Source of the DNA: Callorhinchus milii | Taxonomy: Eukaryota | Direction of reading: 5' to 3' | Assembly: GCF_018977255.1 (NCBI RefSeq) | Contig: NW_024704742.1 | Location: 9,674,001 to 9,738,000, forward strand | Length of the DNA stretch: 64,000 nucleotides | Shown here: positions 1-12,585 of the stretch, piece after piece | How the letters are laid out: every line of letters starts with the position of its first letter | Position numbering within the stretch: the first letter of the stretch is position 1 | The notes under the pieces: model-generated | The model's database searches: none | Told to the model about the DNA's origin: nothing | The model's input: the letters and a program-made list of their open reading frames with translations, nothing else | Position numbers and translations under genes: made by a program

Positions 1-615
1 GTACTTCAAGAGACAAAGTGACCATATTACGCAAATGCAGCAATATCAGTTACCAGCACTCAAGGCTGCGGCAATGTTCCAAGAGATCAATTGATAATGA
101 ATAGGAGAGAGATCGTCGAACAATATTGTGTAGATGAATGAGCTGCTTGTTCCTTTTGGGAATCATCCAATATATTTTTGGGGGGCGAATAGAGAGAAAT
201 TCCATCCGGGAAATTTATTCTATTTTCTTAGCATTTCAGAATGTGCGGAGATTATTAAATGCAGTGTTAATTTCGAAGCCGGTTCTCTGTAGAAAAAAGT
301 GATGCGTTTTGAGACGTCTCAATAACATAATGAGGTACTATTTTGAATGCCAGGAAATCTAGACACAGATAACATTTCTCCCCCTCTATCTTTCATGAAT
401 ATAGATATATATACTTAATATATGTGTATGTTTATATATATTGCGTTCCAGTACACTAGCTGCGTGAAGAGTACTATGTAAATGCAAGTTATTGTTGTTA
501 TGTAAACCAAGATAAATATTAGATGAGTAAGCATTGAATTAATTGGGTTTAATTTATATAAGAGATTTCGTAATTCACTCCTACCATTTGCCACTGATGG
601 TACATGTAAACATAA

Positions 616-781
616 GGCTCAAAATTCAATCTAATTTTGGCTTCAAACGTAAGGTACTTTTCCTCAATTGTTAATTAGAGCCAAATTTCCAAATTAAGGG
701 TTGATTTAGGAATTTCCTACGATTCTGCACCATCTAAGACAAACTGATCTCTCAAGCTAAGATTGGGTGAAATTTCGAGCC
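616..781. mobile_element. MITE-like element with imperfect ~28-bp terminal inverted repeats
   Basis: Left GGCTCAAAATTCAATCTAATTTTGGCTT versus right (reverse complement) GGCTCGAAATTTCACCCAATCTTAGCTT; TAA/TAT flanks. Confidence 0.5.
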
Positions 782-1966
782 TATAAATAGGAACAATTTT
801 GTGGTATTTCTTAAAAAATTCTTAATGAAGAAATTCTGATTCTCAGGAATTCTATGTTCTATGTTTAATGTTCCTTCAACTTGGAGTGACATGTATGAGA
901 TGCTTACGGAAAGAATCCTTACTTAGATTTCTCGATTAAGAAATATATTTTACATTTACATTGAAGAAATGTTGCAGAATTAACACATGAAGCAGTAAAC
1001 TTGGGAACAAAAAATACAAATAAGCAGCCGATCTCAGCACTATTGTTCTCCTGATTATTCCATTCCATTCTGCCCACAAAATATACAATCAATTCACTTT
1101 ACAGTATATTCTGTTAAAAGTGCTTTGAGGCGAATCGAAGACATAATAAGGCGCTATATCAAATGCAAGGATTATTATTATTGTTATTATTCCCTCTTCA
1201 GTCAATATGCAATGTGGTTTGGCATCTTTCTATCTGATAGCCTCTGTCCTCACAAGTGTTGAGATGCCCTTGATGAGCTTCTCCTTTATTTCTGCCTGAA
1301 TAAAGGCATTGCTTCATCTTAAAACTGAGCATTGAGTTGAATTTAACACAGCCAGAGTAGGGCACCTAACCTAGGTTCACTTGTTTCCACGGACACTTGA
1401 AAATAGATAGCGCCAAGATAGCTCTTACTGTATTGCTGACCACTTTTGACAATACACTTTTCTCCAAATAAAGTAAGACCAGAGCCTATGCTGCTGCAGA
1501 TCTGTCTTACGGAAACTGAAGAGGCATAAATGCAAACTGACAGTGCAGTGCTAGGGATCAGATGATTTCTCACTTCCAGTTTACCACAGGGATGCAATGC
1601 AGCCAGATATTTCCAGATAATCATCACATTTTGGCCCACACAAGTACTCAATGTGGGTTACACCACATACAAATAATAATAATCATTGCATTTGATATAG
1701 AACTGTAACATTGAAGTGTCTCAAAGGACTTCACAAACTGTGTATTTGTAGGAAGGAAATTGTAGCCAATATGCATATAGCAATGTCCCATAAGCAGCCA
1801 TGAAATGAATGGTCAATTTGTCTAGAGAATTAGAGACAAAAATAAAATCCTTCTGTTTTCGAAAAGCATCGCCATCCATCTGAAAAGAAAGACAGAACTT
1901 GGGTTTAACATTTCATCTGGTTCCTCCAACAATGCAGCACTCCACCAGTGTGGAGTCCTGTAGCTC

Positions 1967-3857
1967 CCGACTCCTCCGTCCCCCCCGCCACCCCGCGCAG
2001 GTCATCTCCTCCAACCTTCACTGCAAGGAGATGCTGGATATCCTTGAATCCAAAATCAAGGGAATCCGCTCCGCAGTCACTCCCCCTCCAACTTCCACCC
2101 ACCCCCCACCCCTTCCCTCCCACACTCCCGACTCCTACCCATCCTCCCCTACACTCCTTCGAACCCGTTTTCCCACCCTTTGTCACCAAACTCATCCTGT
2201 CCCTGAAACCCACCACCTGCTCCCTTGACCCCATCCCCACTCCACTCCTTATCTCTCAGCTCCACCTCCTTGCCCCACTTATCACAGACATCATCAACCT
2301 GTCCCTCTCCTCTGGCTCTGTTCCCATTCCCCTAAAAACTGCCATCATCACTCCCACTTTGAAAAAACCCTCCCTTGATGCGTCTCCGCTATCAAGCTAC
2401 CGGCCATCTCCAACCTCCCCTTCCTGTCCAAGGTCCTTGAAAGAGTTGTCGCCTCCCAGCTGCGCTCTTTCCTCTCCACCCATTCACTATTCGAACCCCT
2501 TCAGTCGGGTTTCCGTGCTGCCCATAGCACAGAAACTGCCCTGGTCAAGGTCACCAATGACATCTTGACCATCTGCGACCAGGGCTCCCTCTGCCTCCTC
2601 GTCCTCCTCGACCTATCGGCAGCATTCGATACGGTCGACCATGCTATCCTCCTCCACCGCTTGTCCTCCCACCTCAACCTTCAAGGCCCTGTCCTTGAGT
2701 GGTTTAGGTCGTACCTCTCCCACCGTCTTCATTTTGTTTCCACAAACGGCTTTTCCTCCGGCCCCCGCACTGTCTCGTGCGGTGTCCCTCAGGGCTCTGT
2801 CCTCGGTCCCCTCCTCTTCACCCTCTATATGCTCCCCCTTGGTGACATCATCCGCAGACATGGGGTTAACTTCCACATGTATGCGGATGACACCCAACTC
2901 TACCTTTCCTCCTCTACCCTCAACTCCACGACCACCGATGTCCTGACAGCTGCCTGTCCGACATCGAGTCCTGGACGAGAGACAACTTTCTTCAGCTCAA
3001 CGTGCGCAAAACTGAGGCCCTCCTGATTGGCTCACGTCAGCGCCTCCGCACCTCAGGCGCTGACAGCATCAGCATCCAAGGCTGCACTCTCCACCTCTCA
3101 AAGCCAGTCAGGAACCTCGGTGTTCTGTTCGACCCTGAGCTGTCCTTTCTCCCTCATATCCGCGGCACAACTGGCACCGCCTTCCATCACCTCCGAAACA
3201 TCGCCAGACTACGGCACTACCTCACCCCTCACGCTGCTGAAACTCTGGTCCACGCCTTTATCACCTCAAGGCTGGACTATGGGAACTCTCTCCTCGCCGG
3301 CCTTCCCGGCACCTCCCTCCACACTGCAGGTCATTCAGAACTCTGCAGCTCGTGTACTGTCGTGACCACATCACTCCCACCCTCGCTCGCCTCCACTGAC
3401 TCCCCATCCCCCAGAGGATCGAATTCAAGATCCTCATCCTCACCTACAAGGCCATTCACGGCCTTGCTCCCTCCTACCTTTCCGACCTACTATCCCCCTA
3501 CCTACCTGCCTGTACCCTCCGTTCCTCTGGCTCCGGTCTGCTCCACACCCCCCACCCCAACCACCCTACCATCGGTGGCCGGGCCTTCAGCCACTCAGGC
3601 CCTAGGCTCTGGAACTCCATCCCCCAGTGCCCCCGCCGCCTCCTCCCTTTCCTCCTTCAAGGTCGGTCTCAAGACCTTTCTCTTTGACCGTGCCTTCAGC
3701 TCCCCTCTCGACTCTCCTACCCCCTCTTCACTCCCTCCCTTCCCTCCCCTCACCTGACCATTTCCCCCCTGCTCGGGTCCTGACCCAACTGTCCAGCACC
3801 TTGGGACGTCCTCCCGATGTGAAAGGCACTCTATAAATGGAATCTTGTTGTTGTTGT
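1967..3857 (+). mobile_element. 5'-truncated L2-clade LINE with frameshifted reverse transcriptase
   Basis: Three overlapping ORFs give [40 protein letters not shown] and LVHAFITSRLDY. (TTG)n tail. TSD TGTAGCTC at 1959-1966 and 3858-3865. Confidence 0.93.
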
Positions 3858-4232
3858 TGTAGCTCAGTAATTAGAGCACTTGCCTCGCAAGCGAGAGACT
3901 TGGGTTTGATTCCCAGCAGGGCGAAACATTAGGCAAGTTTCCTTACTCCACATGCCTCTGTTTACCTAGCAGTAAGTAGAAACCCGGTTGTTAGTCAATT
4001 GGCGATTGCTTTCCGGGGTAATAATCCCTCCAAAATAATAATAATGTCATCACTCAATCCATGACTGTTTGTGGTATACTACTGTGTGCAATTGGTTGCT
4101 GTGTTTCACTCACAAAATATACAGTCAACTCATTATATAGGAAATATTCCGTGAAGCTCTTTGAAATGCCTCAAAGACGTGATAAGGCGTGATATCAATT
4201 GCCAGGATTATTATTATTATTACTATTATTAT
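3858..4232 (+). mobile_element. tRNA-derived SINE, long subfamily (first 17 nt displaced to 1950-1966 by the L2 insertion)
   Basis: A-box and B-box head, conserved body, (TTA)n tail. Confidence 0.88.
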
Positions 4233-7200
4233 TAGTATTATAATTCCAGTGATGGCCAACCTTTTTGGTCAGCCAACCAAATACATATTTCTTGATTGAC
4301 TTCTACTTCATTCATGGTCACGCCATTGAGTATCGCAGCTTGGTAGCTGCTGGAGTCAAGATATTGATTTGACACAGACTTGCCTGGTCACTTTCGGATG
4401 GCCCCAAAAGCCCAGACATCAGTGACAAGCACTTTGAGGTGTCCTCCCAGCATGAAAGATTACAGACATAAAATCGCTTCCACGATTTTAAACAATGACG
4501 CTGCAGTTTGAAGGGACGAGTGGGGGAGGTGGGGGATAGCAATGTTGGATAAGCTGGAATTCCTCACCCACTGGTGTGCAACCATTCTGATGGGGTAGAG
4601 CTCTAAGAAATATTCATAGGAAGACAGTAATTCAGTTCGTAATAAGCAATAACAGGAATCTTTGCCAGATCATTGTGATTACATAGCAGTAAAGGAATGT
4701 AGAAATGCCTATCAACCAGCTGTTGTTGGATAAAGATTAACCAGGCTGATCTTGAGGATAAAGCCATGCTACCAAGCTACAATCTTTACAGGTCAATTTG
4801 AGAATTTTTCTGTTTACATTACAAGCTGCATTCTTATTAAGATACACAGAAACAAACATTAACTTTGGTTCTGACATAGTTTCTCAAAGCACTTCACAGG
4901 ATTTGCTGTATAGTGTAGTGATTGTGTATTTTGTAGGTGAATGTGGCAGTCAATTTCATGGCCAACAATGTCCTAGAAACAACCATGAAACGAATGAACA
5001 ATCTTATGAGGAGGATTGTTGGTCAGGAACAGAATCATATGAACAAGATTATATTTTTTTCTCGTGACGGTTTTCTCCCTGTGTCCAGTCTGGGAAAAAA
5101 GGATTTACTCAGCTACTGAGAATCAGTTGTAACAGACGGTGAATACAATGACAAAGCAATGCCATGCTCCAACCTGCTGCGCTATAGAGTGTTAAGATAT
5201 AGATTTCATGCGCTCCAGGATACTACCCCGTGTGAAGGGCGCTGTGTAAAGTTCTTGTTGTTCGTGTTCCCCCACACTGTGGGTTCTTGAACTCAGCAAT
5301 ACCATGGGATTTGTGGGTGTGGGGAGAGAGAGGGTTAAAGACGGGTGTTAGGGTAATATCAAGGTCAGACTTTTATCCCCAAGGAATGTTATCTTCCATA
5401 TCGCTTCATAACAGTTCCAGACATAAGGCAGGGAATAGTGTACAGAATGGAGAAGGGAAGAAATATAAATTAAAAATGTGATTACAGTCTTTGGGGATAA
5501 ACACAACAGAAAAACTGATCATAATAAGTGCAGAATGGCATCCGCTTTATCTGTTTGATCGAACGCCTGCAGTGAAAAGATGAATGACTGTTTAAACTGA
5601 GATCTGGACCTGCTTCATGATAGATTACTCCAGGTGCCAGTGAGATAACTTCCAGCAGAAACCGTGCAGATAAGCATGCGTCTGCTAGGACTAATGCATA
5701 CGTGCAGTAAGTTGCAAAACCAGAATTTGCCTTACACTAGGCAGAGCTGGATCTCATTGGGCTCATAATAATATGAATATGCATCAATGTCATGTTAGTT
5801 TAGTCTACCGACTAGAGAGCGTATATGATGTTTCCAATGGTCCAATGGTCTGAGCACACACACCATTTAGTTATTCTCTGCACAACTGTTGGAGGACTCA
5901 CCCACAAAATATGCAGTCACTCCACAGTCAATTCTGTGAAGCACTTTGAGAGACATCCTCCTGACATGAAAGAAAGGCATATATCAAACGTAAAGATTGT
6001 TCTTTCTCTCAACAGAAGCGCAATGAGATCCATTTGACCTTCTTGTGCGATGTGAGACAGTTTGCTCCACGCCATGCAGAGAAGTAATTTCATCAAGTCA
6101 GCACGATAGAGCAGCAGTAAACCATTTAAGTGCCTGTCATTAATATTCATATCATGTTGCTCAATCGCTCAGTCACCACTGAATAAAGTCGATGTTTCAA
6201 CAGCCCGGCGCACACACAATTGTGATTTGTACCACACCCCATATTTGAAACTAAGATGCGACACCACATAAAAAAATCATTTATTTCCCTATAGGACCTC
6301 CTTTAGGAAAACTCATGGTACAACAACAGAAGCTCATAAGAAAGTATGGACTAGGAAAAAGAGCGGTCTGGCCACCAAGTCCTCTCCTGTTGTTGCGCCA
6401 TATATCTGTTGTACTGACATAAAGTCCAGAATTCAAAAACAACAACAACATCAACAGTTTGTACTTATACAGTGGACTCCATGCGGGATAGTGTCTTGGA
6501 GCAAAAAATTCAAACCCGGTTTGAATGCGAAATGTCATTTTGTTTTAGCCTCATAAAAGACATAATCGGGACTTGAACCCACTGTGATTATTAAGGCAGT
6601 TTGGAATGATAACTAGTGTTTCTAACCAGCACAGACATTCTTGTTCTTGAAATAGCTATGTAATTATTATTTCTATTATTATTATGTGCTGGAAAGATGA
6701 CAGTGACAAGTTTGTGTAATTTCATCTTTAACAAAGAGAAAGAAGCCTGTCTCTTGACCACTGGATAACCTTTATTGTAAAAAAAATCTCCAGAACATGG
6801 CTAAATCATAATAATCCTTGCATTTTGATGTAGCGTCTTATTAACATATCTTTGAGACATCTTAAGTGCTTCACGGAATATACTGTAAAGTGAATTGATT
6901 GTATATTTTGTAGGCGAAACGCGGCAGCAAATTGCACATAACAGTATCCCACAAACAGTCGTGGAATGAGGGAACAATTTTTTTNGAAGGGATTATTACC
7001 CTCGGAAAAGTGATCCGCCAATGAACTAACAACTGGGTTCCTACTTATTGCTACTGCTAGACTGTAGTCAATTAGAAACAAATCTTTTTTAATTCCATCA
7101 CAGACGTTCCACTCACCTCCAGGTCCCCTTGTCTAATGCTAGTGCTGTGTTATCATGTTGAGTTGTCTCAAAGTGCTTCACAGAAATTATTCTCCAGAGT

Positions 7201-7336
7201 AGTGACTGTTTATGTGAAAGGCGGCAGCTGTGGGGAAATCCCACAAACAGTGCTGATGCTAATTGGGAGGATTGTTAGCCAGGACACTGAGAGAAACAAA
7301 CTCTCTCTTGAAGAATCATGATGGCCATAAGGGTAT

Positions 7337-7640
7337 GTGGAGTCCCGTAGCTCAGTGGTTTCAGCACTCGCCTTGCAAGTGAGAGGATCTGACTTTGATT
7401 TCCAGTTGTTAGTTGATTGGCAGATCACTTTTCTGGGGGTAATAATCCTTTCAAAAATAAAATAATAATAATAATAATTTGGTCACTTAATCCACGACTG
7501 TTTGTGAGACACTGCTGTGCTCAATTGACTGCTGCATTTCTCCCACAAGATATATAGTCAATTCACTTTGCAGTATGTTCTGTGAAGTGTTTTGAGACGT
7601 CTTGAAGACGTGACGCGCTATATCAAAAGCAAGGATTATT
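7337..7640 (+). mobile_element. tRNA-derived SINE, internally deleted
   Basis: GTGGAGTCCCGTAGCTCAGTGG head; family body and tail. Confidence 0.8.
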
Positions 7641-10600
7641 GTTTATGTAGGAACCCCCCCTATCCTTATCCACAAGAAATGACTTGGACCACATGTGTAA
7701 ACACAGCTGTGAGCCCAGCAAGGAGGTAAAGAGCAGGGGCATAGCAGAGAAAGCAAGCAAATTATACCAAATGGCAAAACATTTTAAATGATTACAATTT
7801 TGTGCCAAGCCACAAAACAAGGTACCATCATGTATACAGCGAAAAAGATTTTAAGACAAATTAAACAGAAAATAGTTTGTTGACAACAGGCAAAGAAAGT
7901 AGGAGAAAGTCACTTTACTTGAAACCAAAACAAACATTGGTACAACCTAGTCACTCCTTCCCTCAGTGAACACTCGCCTGTTTCATGATATACTGCACCA
8001 TTGGTGGGTGAGCTTTCAGCCATTCTGCCCTGCTCTCTGGAGTCCATCCTGGAGTCCTTCCGATTTGCCCTTCCTTCCTCACTTTCCTAACCCACCTCAA
8101 GACTTACTTTTTTGACCACACTTTAGGGCATCTTTCCCCTGCCTACCCATGCCTCAGTTCAGATGCCCAGTCTGAGTATAAAGCACTTTGCAAGGCCCTC
8201 CTGACGTGAAATATCACTGTATCAATGTCATCTGTATTGTAGTGCAGGAGCCCAGTAAACGTGATGTGCACGAGACACCTGCCAAACACTTCCTCCTGCA
8301 GCTGAGGCACCTTCCCGGCACAGACTCGATGGGCCGAATGGCCTCCTTCTGTGCCGTAACATTCTATGATTCACAGCCAGCAATCAACAGAACAGCTGGG
8401 CAAACACATCCACAAAAAAGATTGAACATTCTGGCTAAAGGGAAAGCACAAAACAAGTCAAAAATGTTTTTTGTTACACAACGGAATCATAGCCCTCAGC
8501 AGGAATGCCTGGATGCATCCGAAGGAGATTTCAATATTAAATTAATGTTTGGGAGTCATTCCAACCCTCCCCACCACCCCTCTCCCAAAAAAGGAACCAA
8601 AACATATAGGATACAAACCAAGATCCCAGAGTGAATCCTGCTTCCCAAGCCCTGTGACCTTTTCCGACAGCTGTTGGAGAGGTCACTTGGTGTGCAGCAG
8701 CAAATTGCATCAGTTGAGCACAGACACAAAGGCAGCCATATAAAAAGAGGGAAACATACCTCTGGGAAAAGAGAGCAAGAAAATTATAGGACAGAATAAC
8801 ACATAAAGGAGTTTATCAAACGGCTCAGTTAACAAAGGGCCGAGGTGTTAGTAAAAGCAAAAACAGATGCACAACATGCCAGCGAAAATAAATCAATCAA
8901 AAAATGCAGGGAAGCCAACAACAAAACAAATTTAGGATTCAAACCAAGGCCCAGAGGTATAGCAGTGTCTCATATGGTAAGAGCAATGAAATTCCCTGGA
9001 AGATCGTTCTGGTTTGTATGGAAAGCACAGTCAAGCAGCAAGACAAACCATCTCACAAAAGGGAATGAACTATGGACAGAAAAGAACAAAGGATAGCGGA
9101 ATGGCTTGGACACAGAGTACAATTATAAGACAGACATCAGGAAGTATTTCTTTACCCAGAGAGTAATTAATGCCTGGAACAGTTTACCCAGGAAGGATGC
9201 TGGACTCATTTAAAAAATACATTCTTTTCGAACGACCTTCTTTATCGTGAATGGTTCTTGTGATAACAATAATAATAATCGTGGCATTTGATATAGAGCT
9301 TTATCACATATTCGAGACATCTCAAAGTGCTTAACGGAATATAATGTGAAATGATTTAACTGTATATTTTGTGGGCAGGACACAGCAGCCAATTGCGCAC
9401 AGCAGTGTCCCACAAACAGGCATGAATTGAGTGACCAATTTATTGTTTTTTTCTTGTGATCTTGTGAATGAGTGAAAAAATCAAAAAGCCCACAGAGGCA
9501 CAATCGACTCGAGACAATATTTCTTTACGGAGTGAATGGAAGGAAAAAACAAGACTTGCAGGATTGCGGTCAAATCTGTGGACATATTGGAGTTCACCAG
9601 ATGTCCATTGGTACCTTTATAATGGGAAATCTTACCATGATCTCTTATCTGCTAATCATTTATCATTTCCACCATCCCACCATTGTTGGCGGAGCCTCCA
9701 ACCGGTTGCCATGTTCACTTTCAAAACAGTCACTACACCCTGCAATAAAGTCTGTTGAGGCACTTTAAGATATTTCAACAACGTGATACGGCCCCACATC
9801 AAATGCAAGAATTACTATTCTTATTAAAAACTGAAGAGGATTTTCAGCCATCAAATGTAAAGTGTCATCCATGGCTTTCTTTAGGAAGCTTACCAATGAT
9901 GCTCATAAAGATTAGATTCGCTCAGGACCACTTCCAGATGAAGCCAAATACAGTAAAGTTGCACCTTTGCAAATCTTTCTTCACTGAAAGACAAGAGGTT
10001 ACAGGATCACAAGATCGGTCTGGATGAAGAAGATCCTTCAGTCCAACTAATCCCTCCAGAAAATTCATCCTAACATCCCTCATCACAGCATCAAGCTGCT
10101 TTTTAAATAGGTTCAATGTCCTGGCCTCTCACCCTTCCTGGTAACCTGTTGTTTACACTCTGAGTAAAGAAAATCCTCCTGGTATCTGTCCTGAAATTGC
10201 CCTGTACAACTCTAAACCTGTGTCATCTTATTCTGCTGTCTTGATGCTTTCTAAAGTATTGAACTGAGTTTACATTTTCAATCCCATTTTTAAATTTTAT
10301 ACACCTCTATGAGATACCCTCTGAGTTATATTCTCTCAAGATTGAAGAGCCCTAGCTGGTTTAATCATTGCTCAGGTGATCCATTTCCATACAAATCCGC
10401 TTTTACAGTGAAAATCCACTGTCATCACATTAGTTGAATTAGTTGAACTCCAAGTTGGGATGATGCTGTCCGCTGAAGGCGCTATATAAATGCAAGTTGT
10501 TGCTGTTGGTGGTGTGATCTGAGGAGACATGTGAGATATGTGAACAGTCCAGCCTTCACTATATTCTCCTTTACAAGAAAAAACTCAAAATAAATCGAGC

Positions 10601-10939
10601 TTCTGGGAAATCTGAATATCCATGCTTGTTTAGCCATTGTATTTTTGTGTATGAAATTGTCAAAAATGTGTCTGATGAATTTAATACTTTGAAGAATAAT
10701 GAATAATAATAATTAATTTTGATGCTTGCCTTTGATACAATGCTTTTAATAACAGAAAGTGCTTTACAGCTACTCACTGGAAAGGTTCGCGACTGTATTT
10801 TTTAAGCTAACGTGCAGCCAATTTGTGCACAGCAATATCCCATAAACATGGAATGGAGTGAGTGACCAATTTTGCTTAGGGGATTGTTGGCCAGGACACT
10901 GGGAGAGGGAAACTCCCTTCTCTTTTCTAATACTGCCAT

Positions 10940-11315
10940 AATAATAATAATAATAACAATCCTTGCATTTGATATAGTGTCTTATCACGTCTTCGAGACC
11001 TCTCAAAGAACTTCACAGAATATACTGTAAAGTATAGAGACTGTGTGTTTTGTGGGTGAAATGCTACAGTCAATTGCACACAGCAGTGTCGCATAAACAG
11101 TCGTGGATTGAGTGATCACGTTATTATTATTTTGAAGGGATTATTACCCCCGGAAAGTGATCCGCTAATTGATTAACAACTGGGTTCCTACTTACTGCTA
11201 GGTAAACAGAGGCGTATGGCGTAAGAAAACTTGTCTAAGGTTTCACCCTGCCCGGGAATCGAACCAGGTCCTTTCACTTGTGAGACGAGTGCTCTAACCA
11301 CTGAGCTACAGGTCT
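10940..11315 (-). mobile_element. tRNA-derived SINE, long subfamily
   Basis: Full family structure on the minus strand. Confidence 0.85.
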
Positions 11316-11967
11316 TCACAATCTTTAACGTCCATTTGAACAGACAGACGGGGCCTTGGCCAAGGCAGAACATCCCTTGTACTGATACAGTGTCATTCTG
11401 GACTGTTTATGCTCAATAAGATCATTCTTTCAAGTGGAATCCACATATTGGAAGATTTGAGTCATGTCGGCTTCTAGAAACATCAGATTGCATCTCTGTT
11501 CTGGAGCTGTCATGTTGGATGCTACAGCACATTTATGCACAAGTTGGAACTTTATTCCCTGCACTGATAAATTTGCATGACAGTTTGACTTGCTGGTGTC
11601 TCCACTCCCAATCGTTTCTTTTCCCCTCTTTCCCCAACAGGAGTTACTCATACTGGATATGGTTTTGTAAACCCCCTCCTCAGGGACCCCAATCCCGGAG
11701 TCCAAGATTATTGAAAGAAACAAATAATTTGCATGTTTATTGTACTTGTAATTTGTTGTATTTCAAGAGATTTTAGATATTATAGAGTCCATATAGAAAG
11801 TAGAGTTGTGCTGTGGGTAGGATGGTCCCAGCTGAACAAACAGTGGGCCGCTTGCTAGACAGCAATATCAATGTCAAGCCACCAGCAGTACCACAACACC
11901 CACATTAGGGTCTCTAAGCCTTAGCTCTTACCAATCTGTGCCTAGGTAATATAAATATTCGTGGTTC

Positions 11968-12288
11968 GTGGAGTCCTGTAGCTCAGTGGTTAGAGCACTC
12001 GCTTTGCAAGCGAGAGACCTGGGTTCAATTCCAGGCAGAGGGCGAAACCTTGGGCAAGTTTCCTTAGTCCACACAGAGCCTAATAATAATCCCTCCAAAA
12101 CCCAAAACAATAATAAATTGGTCATTTTCAATCTACGACTGTTTGTGGGACATTGCTGTGCGCAATTGGCTGCCGCGTTCGCCCACAAATATACAGTCAA
12201 TTCACTTTACAGTGTATTCTGTAAAGCGCTTTGGGACGTCCTCCCGACGTGAAAAGCGCTATATCAAATGCAAGGATTATTATTATAT
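11968..12288 (+). mobile_element. tRNA-derived SINE, short subfamily
   Basis: Head TAGCTCAGTGG...GGTTCAATTCC, lacks the roughly 60-nt internal block, L2-like tail. Confidence 0.9.
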
Positions 12289-12298
12289 TAGGTAAGTA

Positions 12299-12585
12299 AT
12301 AATAATAATAATAATCCTTGCATTTGATATAGCGCTTTTCACGTTGGGAGGACGTCCTAAAGCGCTTCACAGAACACACTGTAAAGTGAATTGACTGTAT
12401 ATTTGTGGGCGAACGCGGCAGCCAATTGCGCACAGCAATGTCTCACAACAATGTCCCACAAACAGTCGTAGGTTGAAAATGACCAATTTATTATTGTTTT
12501 TGGTTTTGGAGGGATTATTATTAGGCGTGTGGAGTAAGGAAACTTGCCCAAGGTTTTGCCCTGCCTGGAATTGAACTCAGGTCGA
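12299..12585 (-). mobile_element. tRNA-derived SINE, short subfamily, 5'-truncated
   Basis: Near-identical reverse complement of the neighbouring copy. Confidence 0.9.

Noticed and set aside
4247..4575. CAGTGATGGCCAACC hAT-like terminus
   Set aside because: No convincing matching right terminus or 8-bp TSD found.
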